Below are positions 47,157-55,905 of a stretch of DNA of 64,000 nucleotides, piece after piece; the first letter of the stretch is position 1, and the number at the start of each line of letters is the position of its first letter. Under the pieces are notes generated by a model that worked only from the letters and a program-made list of their open reading frames with translations, was not told the origin of the DNA and ran no database searches. Source of the DNA: Acidobacteriota bacterium (GTDB taxonomy: Bacteria > Acidobacteriota > Terriglobia > Bryobacterales > Bryobacteraceae); contig VFZO01000003.1 in assembly GCA_016871155.1 (NCBI GenBank), forward strand, positions 1,663 through 65,662, read 5' to 3'. The position numbers and the translations under genes were made by a program.

Positions 47157-48605
47157 CTATCCAATAGTACGCCGTGCCAAGCATAGCGCGTCAATCACCC
47201 CGTCAAACGTGTGCGGCAAGGCCTCCGCCGCGATCTCTACGCCGTGAGCACGCATGGTGTCGCTGGTCGCGGGGCCAATGGAAATTCCGTGCGCGCCTTG
47301 GTCCAACAACCGCCGCCCTCCCAGCGCCAGGAAATTCTTCACCGTGCTTGAACTTGTGAACGTCACCCAATCTGCATTCTCCAGCGCCTCGATCGCCGCA
47401 GCGCTGGCGGCGGGCACGACGTTGCGATAGACCTCCACCACATCCACCGTCGCGCCGCGCGCTGTCAGCGCGTCCACCAGCACTTCGCGGGCCTGCGCCG
47501 CCCGGGGAAACAGCACACGCCGCGCCTCCATCGACTCTCCGGCCAAGGCATCCACGGCGCCCTCCGCTACCGAGTTCGCCACTACCAAATCGGCAAGAAT
47601 ACCGTGGGCCGTAAGGGCCGCGGCCGTCGCCGGGCCGATGGCCAAAACCCGCCCGCGTACCGCGCGGGCATCCAACGCTCGCGCACGAAGCGCGGCGAAA
47701 AAATGGGTCACGGCGTGGGCCGAGGTAAAGAGCGTCCAATCGTAGTTCGACAAATCCGGCAAATCCGGATTCACGGGCTCTATTGCAATCACAGGAATCT
47801 CAACAACGCGTGCTCCAAGGTCTCGCAGCCGGTCTCCGCTGCCGCCCTCTGCCCGCGTCACCAACACCGTCTGCCCATGCAGCGGCCGCCGCGCGAACCA
47901 ATCGAGCTTGTCGCCCAGTGCCGCCACTTCGCCGATCACGATCGTCGCCGGCGGCCTCAATGCGCGTGCCCGCTCACCCAAATCCCGCAGCACCGTCCTC
48001 ACTGTGTGCTGCCTCGGCGTTGTTGCCCGCTGCACCACCAGAACCGGTGTTTCCGCCGCACGGCCCGCCTGCATCAAACGCGACGCAATCTCCGCGGCCG
48101 TTGCCAGGCCCATGTAGATCACGAGGGTCTCCGCATGCCCGGCCTTCGACCAATCGATGCGCGATGGATCGTGCCCAGTCAAGAACGTGACAGACGATGT
48201 ATGTTCGCGATGCGTCAGCGGCACCCCCGTGCACGCCGCTAAGCCTAGAGCCGAAGTTACGCCAGGCACCACTTCATACTCGATACCCGCCGCGTGCAGG
48301 GCTTCCAACTCTTCCCCGCCACGTCCGAAAATAAAGGGATCGCCGCCCTTCAGCCGCACCACAATTCGGTGCGCCCGCGCCTTCGCGATCATCAACTCTG
48401 TGATCCCGGCTTGCGGCATCGAATGATTGGCCTTTTTCTTGCCGACGTAGATTTTCTCCGCCCGGGCCGCAACAAGCAGCAACTCCGGCGCGGCCAGATT
48501 GTCGTAAAGCACAACATCGGCGGACTGCAAGATCCGCCGCCCTCGAACCGTGATTAGATCCGGATCGCCCGGCCCTGCTCCAATCAGATAGACCTTCGCG
48601 TTCAC
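47157..48605 (-). CDS. cobA/hemD: bifunctional uroporphyrinogen-III C-methyltransferase / uroporphyrinogen-III synthase
   Basis: The N-terminal half has VYLIGAGPGDPDLITVRG...LKGGDPFIFGRGGEE (SUMT). The C-terminal half is a HemD-like duplicated fold. The start is placed at GTG 48605 (VNAKVYLIGAGPG), overlapping the hemC stop (GTGA). The track start at 48806 lies inside hemC. Confidence 0.85.
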   Translation of the reverse strand: MNAKVYLIGAGPGDPDLITVRGRRILQSADVVLYDNLAAPELLLVAARAEKIYVGKKKANHSMPQAGITELMIAKARAHRIVVRLKGGDPFIFGRGGEELEALHAAGIEYEVVPGVTSALGLAACTGVPLTHREHTSSVTFLTGHDPSRIDWSKAGHAETLVIYMGLATAAEIASRLMQAGRAAETPVLVVQRATTPRQHTVRTVLRDLGERARALRPPATIVIGEVAALGDKLDWFARRPLHGQTVLVTRAEGGSGDRLRDLGARVVEIPVIAIEPVNPDLPDLSNYDWTLFTSAHAVTHFFAALRARALDARAVRGRVLAIGPATAAALTAHGILADLVVANSVAEGAVDALAGESMEARRVLFPRAAQAREVLVDALTARGATVDVVEVYRNVVPAASAAAIEALENADWVTFTSSSTVKNFLALGGRRLLDQGAHGISIGPATSDTMRAHGVEIAAEALPHTFDGVIDALCLARRTIG

Positions 48606-49507
48606 AGCCCTGCCTGCGCCAGGATCATAGAACCGCCGCTGTCGATCAACCGTTTGGCCAATTCCGCGCCCACCGGTACCGGATTCGCTGGCGAACCCGA
48701 CGCGCTCGCGCCAATCGCCAATCCGCCGTCCTGCGATACGACCACTCCGCGCAGATGCAACACGCCGCCTTCGATCACCGCATGCGCGCCCAGCGGCACC
48801 TGGCATCCACCGCCCATCGCCGCCAGCGCGGCGCGCTCCGCCGTCACGCGAGCCCTCGTTCCGGCGTCGTCCAGTGCCAGTACCGCCACATGGCCCGCGC
48901 CCTGGTCCGCGCGCGTCTCAATCGCCAGCGCGCCTTGCCCAACGGCCGGCACAAAACGAGCCGGGTCCAAAAACTCCGTGATTCGATCCTGCCACCCCAG
49001 TCTCTTCAATCCGGCCGCCGCCAGAACAATCGCCGCATACTGCCCTTCGGCTTGCTTGCGCAACCGCGTATCCACGTTGCCGCGCAGGTCGCGTATGTCC
49101 AGGTCCGGCCGTAGCGCCTTCAGTTGCGCTGCGCGCCGCAGCGAACTGGTGCCCACCATGGCTCCTCGCGGCAACCCATCCAGGGTGGAGCCTATCATGG
49201 CGTCGCGCGGATCTTCGCGCTCCGGAAACGCCGAAAGCACCAAGCCCGCCGGCAACTCCGTCGGCATGTCCTTGGCCGAGTGCACCGCCAGGTCGATCGA
49301 ACCTTCCAGCAGCGCTTCCTCGATTTCCTTGGTGAACAGCCCTTTCGTTCCTACCTTCGACAAAGCCACATCGGTGATCTTGTCCCCGGTTGTTTGAATA
49401 ACTTCGATGCGCGTGCCGTGGCCCAGCTCTCGCAGCCGCGTGGCGATATGATCCGCCTGCCACAGCGCGAGCTTCGAACCGCGTGAACCGATTACCAACA
49501 CACTCAT
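48602..49507 (-). CDS. hemC: hydroxymethylbilane synthase (porphobilinogen deaminase)
   Basis: VIGSRGSKLALWQA...I.TTGDK......KGLFTKEIE..LL.G.IDLAVHS.KD.P and GGCQVP. Confidence 0.95.
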   Translation of the reverse strand: MSVLVIGSRGSKLALWQADHIATRLRELGHGTRIEVIQTTGDKITDVALSKVGTKGLFTKEIEEALLEGSIDLAVHSAKDMPTELPAGLVLSAFPEREDPRDAMIGSTLDGLPRGAMVGTSSLRRAAQLKALRPDLDIRDLRGNVDTRLRKQAEGQYAAIVLAAAGLKRLGWQDRITEFLDPARFVPAVGQGALAIETRADQGAGHVAVLALDDAGTRARVTAERAALAAMGGGCQVPLGAHAVIEGGVLHLRGVVVSQDGGLAIGASASGSPANPVPVGAELAKRLIDSGGSMILAQAGL

Positions 49508-50778
49508 GCGTCTCCTTCGCCTCCGCGCAACGCGCGGCGAATCGCCTCAATCTCCGGCCATCCGTCCTCGGCCGCCGCCAATCGCCGGATCTCCCGGATC
49601 GGTCCGTGCGCCACCTTCGCCATCATTGACTTCGTCAGCGCCTCAATCGCTTCTTCTTGCTGTACAGTCAATGCGCCAAGCTTCGATCGGAGCCGCTGTA
49701 CCTCTGCCTGCCGCATCTTTTCCAGGTGCTCCTGAATGGCCACAATCATCGGCGCCGCTTCGCGCACACGCAACCGCGCCACCAGCTTGTCCACTTCCTC
49801 GGCAACAATCGCTTCGGCCGCCTCCGCCTCCGCCTGGCGGCCTTTTCGATTTTGCTCAACGACGCGGCCCAGATCATCGATGTCGTAGAGAAAGACGTTC
49901 TCCAGCGCATTCACCGAAGGTTCGATATTACGCGGCACGGCGATATCGATCAGAAATATCGGCCGCCCCTTCCGCTTCGTGCGCGCCTCTCGCACAAGCG
50001 CCTCCGTAATGATGTAGTGCGGCGCGCCGGACGAGGCGATGACGATGTCGGTGTCTGGCAGCGTCCGGTGGAATTGCTCGTAGTCGACGATGGAGGCGTG
50101 AAACAGCGCCGCCATCTCCTCGGCTCGCGCGCGCGTCCGGTTCGTTACGCAGATCTTGTCCGCACCCGAACGGTGCAGGTGCCGCGCCGCCAACTCCGAC
50201 ATCTTTCCAGCGCCGATCAGCATGACCCGGCAGCCCTTCAGCGATCCGAATATCTCGCGCGCCAATTCTACCGCGGCAAACGAGACCGACACCGCGCTCT
50301 CGCCAATCGTCGTCTCCGTTCGCACACGCTTGGCCACGCTGAACGCGCGGGTCATGATCGTGTCCAGATACTGGCCGAGAACGCCCTCTTCCTTGGCCAC
50401 CGACCAAGCGTCCTTAAGCTGGCCTAAAATCTGGGGTTCGCCCACTACCATCGAGTCCAGCGACGAAGCGACCCGGAACAGATGGCGGATCGCCTCCCGA
50501 TCCTCGAAGTGATAGAAATGCCGGTCCAGATCCAACCGGTGCCCGGGCCGCGACTGTTCCAAAAAACCTGCCACGCCGCGATCGGCGTCGGTGTGTTCAT
50601 CGGCTGCGACCACAATCTCCACGCGGTTGCAGGTCGACAAAATAAAGGTCTCGTGGAACCCGCTCTGCTCGCGAAGCTCCCGCAACGCCGCCGGCAACGA
50701 TTTCTCGTCGAAAGCCAACCGTTCACGCAATTCCACCGGCGCGGTACGATGATTCAGGCCTGTGACGTGCAGTTTCAT
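49504..50778 (-). CDS. hemA: glutamyl-tRNA reductase
   Basis: MKLHVTGLNHRTAPVELRERLAF...STCNRVEI...GAGKMSELAARHL. ATG 50778 overlaps the upstream TGA (ATGA). The track start at 51240 lies inside the upstream gene. Confidence 0.95.
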   Translation of the reverse strand: MKLHVTGLNHRTAPVELRERLAFDEKSLPAALRELREQSGFHETFILSTCNRVEIVVAADEHTDADRGVAGFLEQSRPGHRLDLDRHFYHFEDREAIRHLFRVASSLDSMVVGEPQILGQLKDAWSVAKEEGVLGQYLDTIMTRAFSVAKRVRTETTIGESAVSVSFAAVELAREIFGSLKGCRVMLIGAGKMSELAARHLHRSGADKICVTNRTRARAEEMAALFHASIVDYEQFHRTLPDTDIVIASSGAPHYIITEALVREARTKRKGRPIFLIDIAVPRNIEPSVNALENVFLYDIDDLGRVVEQNRKGRQAEAEAAEAIVAEEVDKLVARLRVREAAPMIVAIQEHLEKMRQAEVQRLRSKLGALTVQQEEAIEALTKSMMAKVAHGPIREIRRLAAAEDGWPEIEAIRRALRGGEGDA

Positions 50779-51593
50779 TTCGCGAGTAACGGACGCAATC
50801 CGGTGTGGGAGAACCACGTCAGCGTGGAGAACAAGAGAACGTAGAACGCCAGAAACGCGGCCCGCCGGCCGCGCCATCCCGCGCTGGTGCGCAGCAGCAC
50901 AACCGCCAGATAGAACGCCCAAGTGAACAACGAAATGTGAACGCGCCCCTCGCCTATCCACTTCGCTCCGGACTCCAGAATCGCCCAGCCGGTACCTGCG
51001 ATTACGCCAAACGTGGTGAAGGCAAACCCTGTAAACATCGCCCGTGTGCTCAGTTGATCCAGTAAGTGCAACGGCGGCAAATGGGTAAAGAAGCGAATCG
51101 GCTCCTTGGTCTTCAAATGCCGCTCCTGCGCGAGATAAAACAGCGACGCCAACGCCATGAATAACGTGGATGTGAAGCCGCCAATATTGAGCAGCACATG
51201 GCCCAGCAGCCACGCATCGCGAAGCCCGCTGCCCGCCCACCTGGCGTCCGGTGCCGTCAGCGCGCCCATCCAGGTCAGGGCCGCCGCAAGGGGAAATGCG
51301 ATCAACCCCAGGCTCTCGAACTCATAGATCCAGACCACCGCCAGGAACGAGATCGACAGCACCAGCGCCAGAAGCGTGACCGTTTGATGAAACTCCTGCG
51401 CCGCCAGGTGGCCCACTGCCACGGACCCCTCCACCACCGCGACGAAATGCAGAATCGCCCCGACACAAAATACTGCCGTCGCCGGGCGCCGCAATACGGT
51501 GCCCCGCCGGAATAGGTAATCCAGAACGTAGACCAGACATGCGGTGTAGCTCACCGCCGCAACCCGGAGCCAGAAAAGGCTCATCTCCTGCAT
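50775..51593 (-). CDS. cytochrome c assembly (CcsA/ResC-like, HemX-type) membrane protein
   Basis: Polytopic membrane protein of the Cytochrom_C_asm type immediately upstream of hemA. This is the arrangement known for Bacillus hemX and many delta-proteobacterial hem operons. Confidence 0.7.
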   Translation of the reverse strand: MQEMSLFWLRVAAVSYTACLVYVLDYLFRRGTVLRRPATAVFCVGAILHFVAVVEGSVAVGHLAAQEFHQTVTLLALVLSISFLAVVWIYEFESLGLIAFPLAAALTWMGALTAPDARWAGSGLRDAWLLGHVLLNIGGFTSTLFMALASLFYLAQERHLKTKEPIRFFTHLPPLHLLDQLSTRAMFTGFAFTTFGVIAGTGWAILESGAKWIGEGRVHISLFTWAFYLAVVLLRTSAGWRGRRAAFLAFYVLLFSTLTWFSHTGLRPLLAK

Positions 51594-51600
51594 GGGTGCG

Positions 51601-51954
51601 TCAGTTGCCCTTCTTGGCTACGAACTCCATGGTACGGTCTTCCGCGCCTTCCGGAACCACCTTCAGCTTCATCTCATTGCCGGAGATCGTGCCTTTGTGG
51701 ACAATACGAAGCTGATTGCCCTGTCGCTCCATGATCATCACCCAGGAGACCTCGTTTCCGTTGATCTTCCCTTCTTTCAGATCTGTTTCGCCCATCTGGC
51801 TGGAAGCGGTTCCCTTCAAGGTCTCGCCGTCAGCCTTCAGCGAATAGGTCACCTGGAAGTCGCCGTTGCTGGTCGACACGGTGGCCACCCATTTCCCATC
51901 GACGTCCGCCGCGAACGCCGCAAGGGCGCAGAATAATAAGCGTACGAGTTGCAT
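51601..51954 (-). CDS. hypothetical small secreted beta-rich protein
   Basis: Internal ATG 51954 gives MQLVRLLFCALAAFAADVDGKWVATVSTSNGDFQVTYSLKADGETLKGT..., a signal peptide plus alternating beta-strand pattern. Its stop lies 7 nt before the hemX-like start. Confidence 0.6.
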   Translation of the reverse strand: MQLVRLLFCALAAFAADVDGKWVATVSTSNGDFQVTYSLKADGETLKGTASSQMGETDLKEGKINGNEVSWVMIMERQGNQLRIVHKGTISGNEMKLKVVPEGAEDRTMEFVAKKGN

Positions 51955-51992
51955 AGGTAGATGATAGCCGAATACGCTGGAAGGTCGAAGCC

Positions 51993-52430
51993 ATGTCACC
52001 CCAACAAAAAGCCCAGGAACTGGGCATCGTATTCGAAAAACAGGTGCCGGGATATCTGAATCTCTGCATTCGAACCGGAAGCCAGCTCTGGAGTTCCGGC
52101 CACGTGAGCACCGTCAAGGGCAAACTAGGTGCCGGAATGACGACCGGCGAAGGCTACGCCGCGGCCAAGGATTGCGCCTCTAAAATCCTGAACTCCGTCT
52201 GGAACGCCCACGGCACGCTCGATGGACTTCGCGTCCTAAAGGTGCTCGGCTGCGTCAACTCCGCGCCGGAGTTCATCGAGCAGCATCTGGTCATCAATGG
52301 TGCGTCCGACCTGCTCCACACCATCTTCGGCAAGGACGGCGACGGCTACCATGCGCGATCGGCCCTGGGCTTCGCGTCTCTGCCGACCGGTGCCGCCGTG
52401 GAAGTTGAAGTAATCTTCGAGATTAAGTGA
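51993..52430 (+). CDS. RidA/YjgF/UK114 family protein
   Basis: ...IRTGSQLWSSGHV...G......EGYAAAKDCASKILNSV...LKVLGCVNS...ARSALGFASLPTGAAVEVEVIFE fits the family pattern. Confidence 0.8.
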   Translation: MSPQQKAQELGIVFEKQVPGYLNLCIRTGSQLWSSGHVSTVKGKLGAGMTTGEGYAAAKDCASKILNSVWNAHGTLDGLRVLKVLGCVNSAPEFIEQHLVINGASDLLHTIFGKDGDGYHARSALGFASLPTGAAVEVEVIFEIK

Positions 52431-53832
52431 GGATGTCCTTCAGGATTCGCCCGTGCACCTCGGTCAGCCGCTCGCGGCGGCCCTGGTGCAGGTAGCTCAG
52501 TCCATCCTGCGTCAGTCCCATCTGGTTCAATAACGTCGCGTGAAGGTCGCGGAAGTGCACCGGCTCAACGGTCGCCTTCAGGCCGATATCGTCGGTCGCG
52601 CCGTAGGCCATGCCGCCTCTGAATCCACCTCCCGAGACCCACATGCTAAAGCCCGTGTTGTGGTGGTCGCGCCCCGTGCCGCGTTCCGATTCCGGACTAC
52701 GCCCGAACTCTCCTCCCCACAGCACGATCGTCGAATCCAGCAACCCGCGGCGTTTTAGATCCGTGATCAATGCCGCCGTTGGCTGATCGGTCAACGCCGC
52801 CATCCGCGAGTGATTCTTCTCGATATCGGAGTGCGCATCCCACTCAGTCTCCCCGCCGCCGCCGCCGGCCACCACACAGATGAACCGCACGCCCTTCTCG
52901 ACCAGCCGCCTCGCCAATAGGCATCGCCGGCCGTAGTCGTCGGTCTGCGGCTTGCCCACGCCGTAGAGATCCAGCGTCTCCTGCGGTTCGTTGGAGACGT
53001 CGAAAATTTCCGGCGCCTCTGTCTGCATCTTGAAAGCGGTGTCATAGGCAGACATCCGCGCCTGAAACTCTTCGTCCTCGCCCAACAAATTCGCGTCGTT
53101 CAGTTGGCGGATAAAGTCCACTGTCTTCCGCCGCCGCTCGTACGCGATGCCTTTTGGCAGGTCGAGATTCAGCACCGGTCGATTTCCGGCCCGGAACATC
53201 GCAGGCTGGAACGAAGCCGGAAGGAATCCGTTCGTATACACAGGCTGCCCCGCTTCGGGCGCGCCGTGCGGGTCCGGCATCACCACGTATGCCGGCAGCG
53301 AGTCCGACTCCGTGCCCAGCCCGTACGCCAGCCAACTGCCCATCGCGGGGAACCCAGGGATCACCCGGCCCGACATCAACTGATACTGCGCCGCCGAGTG
53401 CACCACCATGTCCCCATGCATCGACCGCAGCACGCACAGGTCGTCGGCGATCTTGGCTTGACGCGGGAGCAGGTCCGACACTTCGAGTCCCGACTTTCCG
53501 TACCGGGCGAAAGTCCGCTTCGTTCCCAGCAGCCGCGAGTTCGCGTTGACGTTCTGATATTCCACCTTGCCGAACGCGTCGGGCCTCTTCTGCCCGTGCA
53601 GCTTGTTCAATAGCGGTTTTGGGTCGAACGTCTCCACGTGGGACGGACCTCCCGCTTGAAACAGAAAGATCATCGCCTTCGCTTTCGCCGGAAAGTGCGG
53701 CGGCTTGGGCGCCAGCGGACTCTTCGGAGCGCCCTGCGCGCCCAGCGCGGAGAAAGCGAAGCCGCCGAATCCGCAGAAGCAGTCCGTCAGAAAATCACGG
53801 CGATTGCGAGCACAACGGATATGTTCAGGCAT
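52423..53832 (-). CDS. DUF1501 domain protein (sulfatase-fold, Tat-signal)
   Basis: RRDFLTDCFCGFGGFAF twin-arginine N-terminus, ...MIFLFQAGGPSHVETFDPKP..., ...GRDHHNTGFSMWVSGGGFRGG.... It is the typical partner of DUF1549/DUF1553 proteins. Confidence 0.9.
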   Translation of the reverse strand: MPEHIRCARNRRDFLTDCFCGFGGFAFSALGAQGAPKSPLAPKPPHFPAKAKAMIFLFQAGGPSHVETFDPKPLLNKLHGQKRPDAFGKVEYQNVNANSRLLGTKRTFARYGKSGLEVSDLLPRQAKIADDLCVLRSMHGDMVVHSAAQYQLMSGRVIPGFPAMGSWLAYGLGTESDSLPAYVVMPDPHGAPEAGQPVYTNGFLPASFQPAMFRAGNRPVLNLDLPKGIAYERRRKTVDFIRQLNDANLLGEDEEFQARMSAYDTAFKMQTEAPEIFDVSNEPQETLDLYGVGKPQTDDYGRRCLLARRLVEKGVRFICVVAGGGGGETEWDAHSDIEKNHSRMAALTDQPTAALITDLKRRGLLDSTIVLWGGEFGRSPESERGTGRDHHNTGFSMWVSGGGFRGGMAYGATDDIGLKATVEPVHFRDLHATLLNQMGLTQDGLSYLHQGRRERLTEVHGRILKDILT

Positions 53833-53833
53833 G

Positions 53834-55831
53834 TTAGTTCACGTACAAAAACGCGTTCGTGTTAAAGATGGACAGCGCAAATTCGTTGGCCGCCACCGGG
53901 TCCGGATCGTCCAAATAACTCAAGGCCAGCGTCCTCTCGTTCGCGTTCGGCGCGCGCCCAGTTGCCATCCGCCACGCCAAATCCACCTGCACCGCCTTCG
54001 GATGCTTGCTCAGCAGCGCGGCGAAATCCTTCGCCAGTCGATTCGATAGCTCTCCGTTCAACAACTCCAGCGCCTGCGGAGCGTGCGTCGATTGCTCCCG
54101 CCGCGCGCACGAAAGCAGCGTATCGGGAGAATCAAATACCTGCATGAACGGCAGTATCAGGTTCCGTTTGTAGATCATGTAGATCGTGCGGCGGTCGTGC
54201 TCGCGTATGTCCTTCGTCGCCATCCAATACTGCGGCCGCTTCAAGTCCTTGATCAGCTCCGGGTCGATCGCCGGCAATACGCTGGGTCCGCCCGCTTTCG
54301 GGTTCAGCCGGCCGCTGACAAACAGCATCGAGTCGCGAATCTCCTCCGCCTCCAGCCTCCGCCGGTTCCATTTCCACAGCAACTTATTCGATGGATCTTT
54401 CGCTGCGAAGGCTTTTTCGTCCGGTGAAGCGCTAGCCTGCCTATACGTCGCCGAGTTCATCAACATCCGGTGGAGCGGCTTCAGCGTCCACCCGCCGGCC
54501 ACGAACTGTCCAGCAAGATAGTCCAACAGCTCCGGATGCGTGGGCCGCAGGCCCATCTTTCCGAAATCGTTCGGAGTCGCCACCAATCCGCGTCCGAAAT
54601 GAAAGCCCCATACACGATTCGCCATCACGCGCGCGGTCAGCGGATTCGCCGGGCTCGCCACCCACTCGGCCAGGCGCAGCCTCGGCTTCTCGGTCTCCAA
54701 CGGCAGTTCCGGCGTATCGTCCGGCAGCAGCACGCCGATCGGCCGCATGCCTACGCGCGGGCCCTTGTTGCGATAGTCGCCGCGCTCCAGCATGTGGATC
54801 GGCGTCATCTCGTCTTTCTTGTTGGCGACCGTATAGAAAGCGGTTAACGGCGGTGGAATTCTCTCGTCCAACTCCTCCAACTGCGTCTGCAGCTTGCCCT
54901 TCTCTTCCTCGCTCGCGCGGCGCATTGCGAATCGGAGCCTGCGCATCTCGGCCTCCAACGGATCCATCATGGCCTTGAACTTTGCCTGCTCTTCCGGCGT
55001 CGCGATAAGCACGTCGTGCGCATGCGTCTGCGCGAAGTAGCCTTGCAGCCGGTAGTAGTCGGACTGCCGGAACGCATCGAACTTGTGGTCGTGGCATCGC
55101 GCGCACCCGATCGTCACGCCCAGAAACGCTGCGCCGACGATGTTCGTCATCTCCGTCAGCACTTCCGTCCGCGAACTGGCCACCTCTTGATTGCCCGCGT
55201 TCTTCCGCAGCGGGCCCAGCCGATTGAACCCGCTCGCCACCAGCAGCGTCTCGTTGTTCGGGTCGATCTCGTCGCCGGCCAATTGCTCCTTTAGAAAAAC
55301 ATCGTACGGCTTGTCTTCGTTGAAGGACTGAATCACGTAGTCGCGAAAACGAAACGCGTCGGGCCGGTGCATGTCGTACTCGTAGCCGTCGGACTCGGCG
55401 AATCGAATCACGTCTAGCCAATGCCGCGCCCACTGCTCGCCGTAACGCGGCGACGCCAACAGCCGTTCCACCAGACTTTCGTACGCCTTTGGCGACGGGT
55501 CTTTGACGAACGCGTCCACCTCCGCCACTGTCGGCGGTAATCCGTGCAGATCGTAGGTAACGCGCCGGATCAGCGTCGCCCGGTCGGCCTCCGGCGCTGG
55601 CATCAACTCTGCTTTGCGCAAGCCTTCCAACACGAAGTTGTCGATCGGCGTCCGTATCCACGCGTCTCGAATCGAGGGCGGCAGCGCCGCCCTCCGGGGT
55701 TGAAAGGCCCAATGCCGCCGCTCCACCGCCGTATAGCGGCCGAGCGGCGCGACGGCCACGGGCTCAGCGCTCAGGCCCAACAGGCAAATCGCGGCCGCGC
55801 ATGCGGTTCGACGGCGAAAATCGGATGTCAT
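53834..55831 (-). CDS. DUF1549/DUF1553 (PSD1-type) protein
   Basis: HWAFQP (DUF1549 start), CARCHDHKFD (DUF1553 core), and a C-terminal ...FNTNAFLYVN-type tail. Its stop is 1 nt before the DUF1501 start. Confidence 0.9.
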   Translation of the reverse strand: MTSDFRRRTACAAAICLLGLSAEPVAVAPLGRYTAVERRHWAFQPRRAALPPSIRDAWIRTPIDNFVLEGLRKAELMPAPEADRATLIRRVTYDLHGLPPTVAEVDAFVKDPSPKAYESLVERLLASPRYGEQWARHWLDVIRFAESDGYEYDMHRPDAFRFRDYVIQSFNEDKPYDVFLKEQLAGDEIDPNNETLLVASGFNRLGPLRKNAGNQEVASSRTEVLTEMTNIVGAAFLGVTIGCARCHDHKFDAFRQSDYYRLQGYFAQTHAHDVLIATPEEQAKFKAMMDPLEAEMRRLRFAMRRASEEEKGKLQTQLEELDERIPPPLTAFYTVANKKDEMTPIHMLERGDYRNKGPRVGMRPIGVLLPDDTPELPLETEKPRLRLAEWVASPANPLTARVMANRVWGFHFGRGLVATPNDFGKMGLRPTHPELLDYLAGQFVAGGWTLKPLHRMLMNSATYRQASASPDEKAFAAKDPSNKLLWKWNRRRLEAEEIRDSMLFVSGRLNPKAGGPSVLPAIDPELIKDLKRPQYWMATKDIREHDRRTIYMIYKRNLILPFMQVFDSPDTLLSCARREQSTHAPQALELLNGELSNRLAKDFAALLSKHPKAVQVDLAWRMATGRAPNANERTLALSYLDDPDPVAANEFALSIFNTNAFLYVN

Positions 55832-55862
55832 TGATACACCTGCATTGTATAAAAGTAAGGAC

Positions 55863-55905
55863 GGTCGAAAGTTGACAGGGTTACTCTGTGCCCTGGTCGA
55901 AAGTT
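55863..55905. repeat. perfect 11-nt direct repeat GGTCGAAAGTT x2, 32 nt apart (start to start)
   Basis: The copies lie at 55863..55873 and 55895..55905 in the lower-GC gap upstream of the DUF1549/1553 start (55831). The first copy abuts a TTGACA hexamer (55872..55877). Confidence 0.8.

Noticed and set aside
48606-51240. Extended starts of cobA/hemD (to 48806) and hemA (to 51240)
   Set aside because: The extensions run through hemC and the hemX-like gene respectively. The canonical N-termini (VYLIGAGPGDPDL and MKLHVTGLNHRTAPV) begin at the overlap start codons 48605 and 50778.
54441-55712. 423-aa minus-strand ORF in an alternative frame
   Set aside because: It lies wholly inside the DUF1549/1553 gene (53834..55831) in another frame and is Arg/Gly/Ala-rich. 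The DUF1549/1553 frame has the HWAFQP and CARCHDHKFD signatures.
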